A DNA stretch of 64,000 nucleotides from Schmidtea nova (taxonomy: Eukaryota). Shown here piece after piece: positions 39,243-53,030 of this stretch. How positions within the stretch are numbered: the stretch's first letter is position 1; every line of letters begins with the position of its first letter. The stretch lies in NCBI GenBank assembly GCA_044892505.1, contig CM097882.1, positions 213,218,001 through 213,282,000 of the forward strand, given 5' to 3'. The notes under the pieces are model-generated. The model had not been told where the DNA came from. It made no database searches and saw only the letters and a list, made by a program, of their open reading frames with translations. The position numbers were made by a program, and so were the translations under genes.

Positions 39243-40389
39243 GCAATTTATATGAGATTTAATTTTTCAATAATTTTTTAAAAAATGTCTCGCTCTCAAA
39301 TTTCATTTTATGATTTAGGTGTAGAAAAGATTCACTTTTTTTAAAAGATTTTTAATTTAATTTCCCTTAAAAAATGTTTTTTTTAATTTATTTGGTTATT
39401 TACAGAAAGACTGGAAAAAGTCTAAATTTAAAATGATATTTTTCAATTAAAAATATTTTCATATTCCAAAGTAAACATGATATTTATTTCGATTCTAAAA
39501 GCGGGAAATTTTTCTATGGTTATAGACATTTTTCGTATATTTAAACTAAATATTTCATTCACGGTGTCTGACATTTAAGTGACAATTTTATCCTATATCC
39601 ACTTATTTGATATTATTTCGGTTTTATTATCATAAATCGCACACATTTCATTTGTTTATATATCTTCCTCACCTTTCTTCTGCTTTCCATTTTAACAGTG
39701 AATCCTTTTTTTGAATTATCAACTTAAATTTATATGGTATTAACATCATATTTCTATTTAAATCACTAATTTTCAGGTTAATAATTGTATGACTAAAGAT
39801 CAAATTTTTCTTTGGTTGTTAGGTACAAGAAACTTCGATACAGCCTAAATTAAGTATGTACTTCACTTTTTATTTTTGTGAAGATTTTATTAATCAACAA
39901 ACAATCGAAAAAAATCTATAATATATAAAAGTTTTATTAATTAGGAAGCTCTACGTTCAAAGAAATTAGAGCTCTGATTTGCAACATAAGCTTATCTGAC
40001 CACATGTACTCAACATTCATCATTTATGAAACTCTTAAATCACAATTAAGGAATTAAAAATCAGATTTTATAATTAGATTTCAATGTACTCAGTTCAAGT
40101 TAGGTGTCAAACATATTATAAAAATAGTTTGACAATAAAGCATGGAGAATATTTGTAAAGACAAAAGATTGATTTAATATTTTAAAAAGTAATGAAAAAA
40201 GTAAAACAATTCAAGCTGAGAGCTTTAATGACATAATAATTAGAAATTTCAAAATGAACTAGTTTTCAAAGGATTTTAATGACATAATATCAAAAATAAC
40301 TCCTAAAATTTTAGGAAACCTGAGAAAAAATTTCAAAATTAAATTATTTTAATGTAAAATTAATTAAATAAAAGAACACCATATTTTAA

Positions 40390-41445
40390 AATATATTATT
40401 GTAATATATTTCGACAAATTCAATAAAAAGTTGATCTTATTATACTTTTCTTAGTGATTATGTAATCACATGTGCACAATCAAATAAAACCTTAATTAAC
40501 CATAGTAAAATTAATTAAAAACTCTCAAAATGCATGTAGATATTGCATTTTGTATGTTTATTTTAGGATTAAATGATTTTATCACCAAAGCCTCACAATT
40601 CACACGTTCATAATGATTTTTAAAACACTTAGAAAATATTTTGAAATGGGAAATATGAATGCTTTTCTTGCATTCCTTTATTATGCTCAATAATATTTTT
40701 ATGCCCGTTCTTTCTGGCATACTCTTGAACTCGTGTACAGAAATGAGGGACAGTCTCTCCAATGTATGTCACATTACACACATTACAAGTAAAACGATAT
40801 ACGAGATCAGAACACATACCAAATAGCGTCTCAGATTTATTGCTAAACATGTCCCGAACTTTGTAAGATTTACAAATTATTTTACCATTAGAATTTCAAA
40901 TATTTTTTAATAATAGATTTTCTAAAATTTACAAAATACTCAGAAATAGGTAAAACTATAACAGAATTAATACTATCCTTCAAATTATTTTTATTTAATT
41001 CATTATTATTACTATTAAAACTATCCTTAATTCCAATTTCAACATCAGCTGTTTCAATCAAAGAAACAATATCAATGGAATTAATCTGATTAACACCATA
41101 TGGAATTTTGTCATCAATCACATTCAACTTACTAATATACCTATCATCAGTTTCACTCACCATTCGTTGCAAGAAACAATTTGAATATCCGTTATTTTGT
41201 AGTAATTTAAGTAATTTATCAATACTATTTAAAAATTTATAAGATGTTGATGACAATGTCCAAAAACGAAAAACCAATCCCCTCATCATATTTCTTTTTA
41301 TATTTAAAATTACAAAAGGTTTCCGGTGATGTGTAGAAACCAATCTCTGTTGTTTTCCTATAAATATCGATTGTTTTAATAATAACCAACTATTTTCTGT
41401 TTCACAAACTAGAATCACAAGTAAAAATCGCCAAATATTCACCAA
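40390..41445 (-). mobile_element. Penelope-like element 3' fragment with GIY-YIG endonuclease
   Basis: LVYRFTCNVCNVTYIGET...RVQE, then EALVIKSFNPKINIQ; frameshifted. Confidence 0.75.
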
Positions 41446-42281
41446 TTAAAATGAAAGAAAATGAACTGAACAATGCAGATGAAAAAGGAAATGAATAGTA
41501 AAAAATAAAAGATTTGCATATAGTCATTATATGTAACATTTCAATATATGTAATATTTCAACATGTCTATCCAAGAATCAATGCAGATCAACAATTCTAA
41601 AATATTTCCGAAAATAACCCAGATGACAATTTTATTTAAATAAAATTTGTTGAAAAATTTAGTTTTTATTGTTTTTTTATTTATTATACATTAAATATTT
41701 TTATTAATTATATAATATAAATTGTACAAATTTGTTTCAGTTTGTTTTTATAATCAAGGTACTTATTTCTAGAAACTATTGTGACATCATAGAAAAATTT
41801 ATAATAATAATAATTATAATATTATTAATAAAAAGGATATTAGATAAAATAATAATATGTAACTAAATAAATAAAATAATTAATTAAAAATTAAAAAAAA
41901 TGTCAATATTAGTAATAATTAAAATATTTGTTTAATAATAATTAAACATTTCTAAACGTTTAAACAAAATACACTATAAAAATTTTATTAAAAAATGCGC
42001 AATTATTCATACGGATCAGACAGGCCACAGCTAACTTCTACTAACATATTCTTACTTCGAACAATAAACCAATAACTGTCAATCAGTTAACAAAACAAAT
42101 AAGTACTAACTGACTAATGTAATAGTTCTACACTTTAACTAACCACCAACCAAGAATTAATCAACCGTGGTTTCTACACACAATAAGAAATCATTAACCA
42201 AATACTAGATAGCTTTTAAAACTAACAGCTCACTCCACACATACACCGTATAACGATGAGCAGCATCTCTTATAATATAAA

Positions 42282-43015
42282 ATGAGATTATACTATAAAA
42301 TATCAAACACTCAAACGTGTGTTATCGTTGTGCTAACATTGAGTAACATCTTTTATTATGTGGTAGACAAAAAAGAAGAAAAATTTGTAAACCACAAAAA
42401 GGCATTATATAGTAAAAACTGCATGCAAACTTTTAATAGGTGCAAATTTAATCAATCACTAGCATTCAATAATAAATCTTACGCGCACAAAAAAGTTGGT
42501 ATCTTCTTCCTTTTAATTATTTTTTATCGATTTTTAAAATGAAATTATAAGCAAAATCATTGAAAAAATATGTCTTTCAAGAGGTCATATTGTAAGATTT
42601 ATTTTTTATTTAATAATTAATTAAAATTTTTATAGCAATTCCAATAATTCTGAAGGCTCAGCGTTAAACTTTAGGGAAAATGCGCAGCAAAATTTGTAAA
42701 AATTATTTTTTAATTTTAAAAATAATTATATTTTTTATAGCAATTCAGATATTTCTGAAGGCTCAACGTTAAGCTTTCGGGATAACAATCAGCCAAATTT
42801 GTAAAAATTATTTTTTTAAATATATAATTAAATCAAAATTTTTATAGAATATCATTTAATGAAGGACAATCAAGTTCTGCAGGGCTTGGTTTAGAAAGAA
42901 AAGCTAGAAAAAAAGTAGGTTTTATTGGTTAAAATTTTAAAAATGTTTTTACAATTAGATTCAGCACCATGTCGTTCCAATACAGATTTGGCCTAAAAAA
43001 ATCAGCACTGGATAA
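42282..43015 (+). CDS. Putative small multi-exon gene nested in the kringle intron
   Basis: Exons 42552-42591, 42636-42695, 42741-42800, 42848-42914 and 42959 onward; GT-AG introns of 44, 45, 47 and 44 nt; phases chain correctly. 5' end uncertain; no homology recognised. Confidence 0.5.
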
Positions 43016-44070
43016 TGAATTAGAAAAAGATGTATACAAAATTCTCAAAAATTGTTATCAGCATATCCATCGCTTTTGTTCCAAAATGTTGCAAAAAATA
43101 GATATCTTTGAAGATTAATGTTATTAATGTAATAAAATAATAAATTTTACTTTAGTTTCTTACTTTATGCGAATATTTAAGTAAATTTCTTACTTAATAC
43201 AAAGAAAATTCATGAGTAATCATGAATTTGCACACCAACTAGTATTTTAGAAAAGGCTAGTCATCGTTATTCGGTGTACTACCAAACCAACAACCAAATA
43301 CTAACTAATCAACTAGTTCTACGCAATAGCTGACTACCAATCAATCAACAAAGTGATAAGTAACTTAACACACTAACCATTCACCAGCCCTGCACTAGCT
43401 AACAAATGTTTTATAATTTTAGAAACAACCAAGTAACAATTTACCAAGAACTAACTAACTTGTTATTTCCATTAATTAACTAATCAAATAAAAGTTCTAG
43501 ATGTTATCAAAAAAGTTAACACTTGATTTTCTCAAAATAACTTTATATAATATAGATTAGTCAGTTAGTACTTAATAAAATGATAGCAATTAAATATAAT
43601 TATAAAATAATTGTCATTAATAATTAAGTAAACCCTAATTGACTAAGAAAAGCGACACTGTAGAGGTTAAAATCAAATAAAAAATTTCATTCTCAGATAA
43701 TTACTCGACAGAGAAAAAATAACAAAATGGCAGGTTTTCAATGAAAAATCTAGAAAAGTGATTGACACTGTTTTCCAAAATAATTAAAAATTAAAATAAA
43801 TGTCATTAAATAAGAAAACAAAGGTAATGAATTCAAAATCCGCAGTCAATATAGAATTCAATTTTTAATTCATAACCAGTTGGAAAAAAACAACTGCCCA
43901 TCATTCAACCAAGTACAAACTAATTAAATAATCAACTAATAATCAAATAACTAACAATCAATACCAACCAAAGATTTTTGAAACTAACTAGATTTTTGAT
44001 AAATTTAAACATATACTCTTTCAATATGTAAGAATTGTGAAATATTGACATGAATTTCGATGTTCTAAAA

Positions 44071-46594
44071 CAGGGGCGGCCAACGTGAGGCCCGCGAAGA
44101 CTTTTTTAATGGCCCGCTTAACATTTTTGAATTTTCAAACATTTAACTTCAAACTGTATTTAATAATTTTTTTAATTTATTCTTATTTTTTGATAATACG
44201 TTCATGAAAAATAAATTAATTCCTATTTAAATTAAAAAATTTCAACAAAATTAAAAATAATAATGATTAAAAAAATAAAAGTTTCTCTCAACTGAATCAA
44301 AAATTAATCAATCGTAATATTTAAATTTTAAATAATCAAACTCTGTATAAAATGTTTTAGTTGTGGTTGATACTTTGACTGAAACATTTTAAAAATTATA
44401 AAACGTTTTGATCAAAAACATTATTGAAAAACTTGAAAAAGTGTACTAGTTCTAATCAGTCAAAATGCCCCAAAGTAAAATAATGACGGCAAAAAAGAAA
44501 AGAGAAAATGATTTGCTTTTGAGATGTTTTCAAGATCAATGGGAAGAACAATTCTTCTTTACACAAACAGTTTCATCAAAACCCATTTGTTTGATCTGCT
44601 CAGAAGTACTAGCAGTTGTAAAAAAATACAACGTGGAGCGACATTTTCAACAATGCCATAAAGAAATTAACTTTAAGTTTCCAATTGGATCAAGTTTGAG
44701 AAGTGAATTTATTTTAAAACAAAAAACTGCCCTGTCATTACAGAAGAACTTTTTTGTTAAAAAGAAAGAAGAAATGACCAAAATGATGACAGCATCTTTT
44801 CAAATTTCACTTCTGCTTGCACAGAAGAAGAGAAATTTCTCTGATGGAGAAATTGTAAAAGAGTGTTTGTCAATTTTTGCTGAAAACAGCGGACACAAGG
44901 GTTTGAGTTTACAAATTGAAAACATGGCACTTTCTCGAAATACAGTTATGATAAGAGTAGAAGACATGGCAAGTGATGTATCACAACAAATCATTCTTGC
45001 TTCGTCTCTTTCCAAATACCTCTCAATTGCAATTGATGAAAGCTGTGACAGGACTGACAATGCTCAATTACTTGTTTACATAAGATGTGTAAATGAAAAC
45101 TTTGACGTTGTGCAAGATCTTCTTGGTCTCTACCAGCTTCAAAAAACAACAAAAGGATCGGACATCTTTCAAGTATTAAAAGAGTGCATCGAGAGTTCTA
45201 CAAGTAACGGTCACAAGCTTGAATGGGACAAATTAGACAGCATTTGCACTGATGGAGCTCCAGCAATGGTGGGAAAAAATTCTGGTTGTGTTTCACTTCT
45301 GGAGAATTTCTTACAACGAAAACTATTTAAATACCATTGTATCATTCATCAAGAAATGCTCTGCACAAAGGACATGAAATTCAGCCATGTCATTGACACC
45401 GTTGTACACTGTGTAAATAAAATAAGAGCCCGTGCATTGCATCGAAGAGAGTTAAGGTCACTTTTTGAAAATGAAACCAATGAATATGGAGAACTTCTTC
45501 TACACTGCTCTGTTTGATGGCTTTCAAAGGGGAAAATGCTGGAGCGCTTTTTTCTACTAAAAGACCAATGTCTGCAATTTTTGGAGTCTAAAACCGAATT
45601 GCCAACAGAGTGTATCCAGTTAAAAAACAAATCTTGGGTGTGTGATCTTGCTTTTCTTGTTGATCTCACTAATTACTCGAATTGTCTCAACACTGGATTA
45701 CAAGGAGAAAATGCTTTATTTCCCACACTTTTCAATCAGATCAACTCTTTCAAAGCAAAACTGAAATTGTTTGCTAACAGCCTATCTCAGAAGAAAGTTG
45801 CTCTTTTTCCTACACTTCAAGGTTATCAACAGGAAAATAAATCTGATTTGGATTATGAGAAATACAAATCAGCCATCCTTGATTTGTCAAAATCATTTGA
45901 TTCAAGATTTACTGACTTTGAATCTGTCAAAAACAACCTACTCCTTTTCATCAATCCATTTTCAATATCTGAGATTGAAATTGATATTTATCCTCCTAAA
46001 ATCCAGTTAGAAATATCCGAAATTCAGAACCACTCAGGATTGAGAGTTAAATTCCAAGAGTTGTCTGGATCGCCAGTTTCTCCTGATCTGACAGCCTTCT
46101 GGAAAATAGTTCCCAAAAGTGATTTTCCAGAACTTCATGAAATCGCACTGAGATTTGTTTGCAAATTTGGAACAACTTATATTTGTGAAAAGACTTTTTT
46201 GACCATGAATTATGTGAAAAGTAAATACAGAACTACTTTGACAGATAAACACTTGGCCAACCTGTTATTACTATCAACAACAAAAATCAATCCTAACATT
46301 GAGAAACTAGTAAAGTCAATTCAAGTACAAAACCGCATTGACAAAATTGGTCAGAAATACGTTAGTAATAATTATCAAATTAAATATTTATGTTTTCACA
46401 TTTCATATTTGTATTTCTCTAATGTTATCATTCATAAATAAATTATATTGTATCTTAATTTGTTGATTTTATTGATTATTTTGTTGTAACATTTATAAAA
46501 AGTAATGGATATATTTTATAGATTTATGTTTTGGCTCGCCAAACTTTTTGGGTAAAAGTTTTTGCCCACTTGTGAAAAAGGTTGGCCACCCCTG
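44071..46594 (+). mobile_element. Full-length hAT of the Buster/Charlie group
   Basis: TIR CAGGGG(C/T)GGCCAAC; target copies TTCTAAAA / CTCTAAAC. Confidence 0.92.
44465..46344 (+). pseudogene. Buster/Charlie-type transposase with one in-frame stop and a probable terminal frameshift
   Basis: N-terminal CLIC...HF zinc finger, IDESCDRTD, CTDGAPAM, HCIIHQE, V*WLSKG (consensus RW), TYICEKTF. ORFs 44465 and 45536 are in frame. Confidence 0.92.
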
Positions 46595-47869
46595 CTCTAA
46601 ACCATCGCATAAATGTAGTATTAACTGGACAATTCTATGTTTTCACTTATTTAAAAGCTAATTTAAGTAAAATTGATGTAAATATCTCATAAAAAGTAAT
46701 AAGAAAACAAAGTGAGAAAATCATTTGACCAAAAATTTAAAAGATTTAAAATAAATATAATACAATTTTTAGAAATGACTTACAAAATTTTAATTTAAAG
46801 TATGGTATTTGCAACTTTAGTTGTCCATACAACGTTTGACTCTAAATTTTTCGTATAATACAACAATGTAAAAGAAATAATATTATAACATTCTGTTTGA
46901 AGTACAAAAATAAATCATGATATAATAACAAGTAAAATATTTATTTATTTGGATTTACAGCTGCTTATCCTCTGTTTTATCTTTTCAAAAAGCCTTTCTT
47001 TTCTCCCTTTTAAACAAACTTCTTATTTTGGTAAATAATAATATTTTAATTATATATATATATATATATATATGATGAAGGCACTACATAAAGTAAGAGA
47101 AGTTGGAATAAAATTTAAATATATAATTGGAGTGAAATTATAAACAATGTAGAAGAAAATTGAGCATATATTGAAAAATTTTGAATCAATAATACATTAA
47201 AATACATTGCTATTTTTTAAAACATTAAATTAATTTATCAAATCTTAAAAAAAGTTGACTTCATGGATTAAAATAATAATTATTGAACGAATATTTAAAT
47301 ATAATTTTGAAATATTGATATCTCGATTTTGAATGGTTGATTCTAATGCCAATAATTTTATCTAAAATTAAGTCTAAATAATATTAAACCAACAATCAAG
47401 TACTTATTAACTTCACATTAACAAAATAATTAAATAAATAAGTACAAATCAAATAAACTAAATAATTAATTAAATTATTACAAACTATAATAAAAAAATT
47501 AATTCAGTTTTTAAATAAATTCATCGATTTAGACTATATATATATATATAAAGTTCTACATAAAATTGAATGATCTTCAATTATATTTAAGAAGAATAAA
47601 AATTTTAAAAGGTAGTGAAAACATAGATAAATATTTGATAAATGTGAGAATATAGATAATTAGAAGAAAATGAAGATGTTGGAAAATTGATCTTTGTAAT
47701 TAAATTATTTGTTGATGAATTAACGTTTTAAATGATCACAAAGTTAAGAATTAAATATATTTCTAATAGCTAAAATATCTTTTTAAAAATAAATTTACTT
47801 AATTTGGTTATAAAAATAATTATTTAATGACAATCGACTAAAACCAATATAATGCATATTTGCTAAATA

Positions 47870-48450
47870 ATTACCGACAACTTAATTCAACCAAAAAACC
47901 AATAACTGTCAATTAGTTAACCAACAAGGTACTAACAAATCAACTAATTCTACATACTAAACAATTACCAATTAACCCATTAATTAAAACTTAGAAATCA
48001 ATGACTAAATACTAAATTCTTAACTACAAAATACAACTGTCTCTACATATACTAACAAATCATCATTTAAGTACTAACGAACTAACCAACTAGTTCTTCC
48101 CACTAATAAAAGAGCAACCAAGAACTAGGAGTGATATATTCATCCAAAAAAAATAATTAAACAAGTAATACCTACTTAACTCTACACATATTACTAGATT
48201 AACAACTAAGTACTACTTAACCAACTACTTATACACATTTAGCAACTAGTTCTATACTTTCACCGTTTAACAATCAACCAATTAACTATCAATGTGTTCT
48301 ACACATACTATCAAGTACTAAATAATCAACTACTTATGAATATTTACAAACTAGTTCTAACACTAACCATCTATCAATCAACAAAAAAACTAACAACTAA
48401 CTCTATACACGCTAACAAGCCACTAAGAAGGAGCAAACTAACCAATTAGT
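47870..48450. repeat. A/C-rich degenerate repeat array (AACTAAC / CTAGTTCTACAC units); related arrays at 42030-42240, 43240-43500 and 43900-43990
   Basis: AAACCAATAACTGTCAAT(C/T)AGTTAAC occurs at about 42066 and 47897; strong G depletion on the + strand. Confidence 0.7.
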
Positions 48451-49310
48451 TCTAAAAAAATTTCCCGATTTTTGGAATAGAGATAATAAATTCTTAAAAA
48501 TTATCATTCAATTCCTACAAATATTCAAAAATTTATATTATTTAATTTACTCAAATATGTCCTAAATTATATATCATCAAGCTCTAAAAACATTAAAGTC
48601 ATTAAAAATTATTATGAATTTACTAACTACCATCGTCAATATTACAAAATTTATATTTAATTGTCAATAAATGATGACATGAAATGTTTAATGAAAAGTC
48701 TCCTTTACAAAATCTACATGACCTTTTTGTCTTTAGCAAATCTGAGTTGAAATATATAACAATTGAAATCTGATTGCAAAAATACAGAGAGTCTTTTTTA
48801 GCTTTTTAGGCTTCTTATATGAGAACATTATTTGTATTTCTTTTTAAATGTATTTATTAAAAATTTTATTTTAAAATAGTCTTAAAATAACTATTTGTAT
48901 TTATTTTTAATAAAATTTTTAATTTTGAAATTATAATTTTACTTTAAAATAAATTAATCTTTCAAAATTATTGTCGACTCTCAGATTTCCTAAAGATTTA
49001 AGATTTATGTCATTCGTGTGTTTTGGGAACTATTTTATTTTTAAATCTTTAATTATTATGTCATTAAAACTCATAGTTTGACTTATTTTAACTTTTTTAT
49101 AACTTTTTAAAATATTGTCATTAAAATCTAGACGTAACAAATATTCTCCATACTTTTTGACTATTGAAAATATTTGTATTTTACCAAATGTTTGATTACC
49201 AATTTTAAACTGAGTACATTGAAATCTGTGTTCAAAGATTTCTAACATCATTTTTGTCTTTACGAAAATTCGTTTACTATGAAAAATCGAAAGCAACCTG
49301 ATTTATAATC

Positions 49311-49887
49311 TGTAGAAAAACAATTATTTCGATTTAAGTCAAATAGACACAACGTATATTCAGCATTAACATCGATGGCAACTTTGACAGCCTTGTCCGT
49401 TGATTCTTATTAATTGTGCTGGAATTCTGTATTGTTTGTACATTACACAAATTGTGTTTGGGATTCGATGGTTTTTGGTTGAATTCTTTATTGGTTTCAC
49501 ACTACAAATTTTCACACTGAGAATTTGCTATTCCAATTGGAGTACATAATTGAGATGAAGACGAAAGATTTGTCATATTCAATGACTGATGATTGTTATT
49601 GACACGATCAGATAGTTTGTAAGTATTCGATTCAGATAGCTTCTTTTCACTCGGTATTTCCACATATCTCGGATTCGTCACGACGTTTGGATTTGAAAGT
49701 ATTTCATTTGACCTTTTTTGATTTAAATTAAAAATAGTTAGTTCTTGCTGGACCATGTTGGATTTATTTTAAAAGTGTATCTCAGAAAAAGTAAATATTA
49801 AAACAATGCTATTTAAATCTTCCATTCAATAATTATTTAATAAATTAATTAATTAAAAAAGAGAAATTTATAATCTAAAGCACTAAA
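49311..49887 (-). mobile_element. Solo-LTR-like element, family A copy 2 (577 bp), with an Asn/Ser-rich ORF
   Basis: TGTAG...CTAAA termini; perfect 5-bp TSD TAATC; first ~100 sense nt align with 27030-27125; ORF 49756-49502. Confidence 0.85.
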
Positions 49888-50679
49888 TAATCTTTAAAGA
49901 AAAAATAGAATTCTTTAAAAAATTTTTTAAAAATTTAGGTAAATGGATATTTTATTTTGAAAGTTTCTTGATGGTATATTGGTTTTTGAATCACCTGCAA
50001 CTTGGTTACGGTGATTTTACTTGTTCCGCAGAGCTTAGTTTAAGAAAAACTGCTACCACTAATTTAAGTCATTTAGAATGACTTAGATCGAATAATAACT
50101 ATTATAATTTGATGGTTGATTTATTTTGCAATTTAACTAAAAATTATTAGTTTTTTTATTTATTATAAATAAATAAATATATCTACATTATGTGAGTAAT
50201 ATTTCAAATGATTGGCATAACAACATTTATGACCGATTTCGTGAAACATTATAAATCAGTCTAATGAAAGCCTTATAAATTCTTTAACTTTTTTTCAAAA
50301 TATAACGTATAAAATACGTATAATATTAAAAAATTGAAATTCTTAATCGCCACAGTGTCAGGGACGTATTAGATCCTTACACGGATATCTAAATTTCTTG
50401 ATCTCATAATAAATTTCACAGACGCATGTTTTCATCAATAAAATAATTTTATCATGCGCAATCGTAATTTTTTGATTTTTTACAAAATTAAAAATATTAT
50501 ATACAAAGCTTTGAAATGTTGCTCCTTCACATTCAAATTTATCAACTAACAAAGATATTTTTCGATTATTCAAGATTTAGCACAGAGATGACAGACCAAG
50601 AAATTATTTTGGTTGTGGTCAATTAAAAGCGTCTTAAAAAACGCGATTCAAGATGTATTTGTTCAGAATGTAATGTTCC

Positions 50680-52443
50680 TGCTGGGTTTATGGGTGGGTT
50701 TTAAATAATTAATAATAAACAAAAAATAATTAAATACATAAGAATACTAAGGATGCCTCACCCATAACCATACATAAAAACAAATCGTCTCACTCGCGCG
50801 CCCCTAACTATTCCCTATCTAGTTAGGTTGGAACTGCGCGCGGTGGTTGAAAAATGCTGGGCAGATGAGCTCCATCGCTGGAACTACTCCCCATTTATTT
50901 TCACGGGTTCTAGAAGGTATTACGCGTTTATTCTGTCAATGTTTACACTTAACTTCCTTAACAAAAATAAAAAAAACGTCTTTTAAATAGAGATTCGAAT
51001 TAACTACGAACTCCTTAAACTATATAAAACACAAAATAATGCGCTGCACCTTAAGATTATATTTATTTATAAAAACTCTCGGGAATCTCCTCTACTAAGT
51101 ATAACTGTTCAAAATTCAAAATCACCGCTATGTCGTTGCATCGCTATGTGCAAAAATTTCTTGATCGAATTCTTCTTGCGAAAATTTTAATTTTGAAATT
51201 AAATCGCTATATGAGATGTAAATTCGTGTTAACTTAAAGATTATCGCTGAAAAATGCGCAGACCTCAAAACCTATCGTTATGTAAAACTCAAAATCATTG
51301 CTATGTAATAAAAATTTGTGCAACACTCAAAAATACTATCCCTATATGCAACACTCAAAAACTATCGCTATTAAAAATATGTTACCCAAATATTATCTAC
51401 CTGGTGTAACGATCACAAAATGTTTAACGAAATTATTCATTATGTGTAACCTCTATCAAATATTTCTCTACAAAATCCTATCTCACTCACCATCTCGTGG
51501 AACCATAAGTCCCAAAAGACGACTGGCACCCTTGCAGTGTGAACTACAGAGGACGCATATTTATATTTATAAATAACAATTTTAATTAACAAATAATAAA
51601 CATCATAGAATATTAATTTTTGAAAAAGTTAGCCTCAAAACTTTATTGTGACCTCTGAACAATAATTGACCCAACACATCTCACCAAAATAACAAAAAAA
51701 TACCCGTTCAAAATCGATCTCCACGACTGGCGAAATCAAAATCAATTTTTTTCTCTCAGTAAATTAATGCCAAGTTTAGATTGTGATTTTTCAACATCTA
51801 TTTATACTAATTTTACTGACGCTTACATATTTTGTTATTTACATAATTTATTAACGATTTAAACTTACTTATTAGTTTTAATAAGTGAGCATTTATTTAT
51901 CTTTCATAAATTAAACTTTATAATTTGATTTATTTATTTTCGAAAATATTTGTTTTTAATTCTATTAAATTAGGTGTGTATCTATTGTTTTATTGTGCAT
52001 TTATTGATTAAAACAATTTAATTTTAAATCTATTTTCATTCCTATCTCTGTTAATTTTGCGATATTTCAATGGAGATTTATTCTACAATATTTAATAAAT
52101 TATTTTCTTTATTCTGATACCGATTTTATTCTTTAATCATGATTTTCATAATCACTTTACAAGCACTGATCTTCCCCATTCAACTCTCGTGCAGTCCTTC
52201 GTGTGTAAATCCGACCTGCACTCAAATCGTGTGCTCTCCTTTGAGATGCCTCTTTTTTATCGCTTCAACCCTATCTCGATCGACTAATAAGATGCGGTTC
52301 GTATGACTACTATTGTACTTAACTGTTTTTATTTTCCCTTGCGTTATTTTACTGCTTAACGTCTTGTCGTGCGCTTCTCTTTGTATTTATTTAATTTTTA
52401 ATAAATTCTAATTAAATTTATTTTTGATTTCACCAGCCCAACA
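50680..52443 (-). mobile_element. Solo-LTR-like element, family B copy 3 (1764 bp)
   Basis: Termini TGCTGGG...CCCAACA; 4-bp TSD TTCC; conserved TATAAATA box; internal ATCGCTAT-type repeats at 51120-51420. Confidence 0.8.
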
Positions 52444-52724
52444 TTCCCTTATTTTTATCAGGTAAGTTTATTTATATATAATATTATATTTATATTATTA
52501 TTATATATAAAAAGTTTATTTATATTATTATAATATATAAAAAATAATTTTTTCTGAAAATAGCCAGGGCTGAAAAAGAAAATATTATAATTTTCCAATT
52601 TATGCTAAATTTCATTATAATTATTATAAATCATTATTCTGAAATGAAAATAAAAGTTATTAAAAATTCTACAATAAGATTTAAATTTTTTATACTTCAC
52701 ATTTGATAGATAATAAATATTTAG

Positions 52725-53030
<306 letters not shown>

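Noticed and set aside
39823-39853. 31-nt micro-exon continuing kringle 3
   Set aside because: Phase 0-1 is incompatible with the phase-0 acceptor at 52725, and the sequence beyond it has no NYCRNP.
47077-47093. Fourth family A LTR
   Set aside because: Only the terminal AAGGCACTACA matches; no matching TSD or internal homology.
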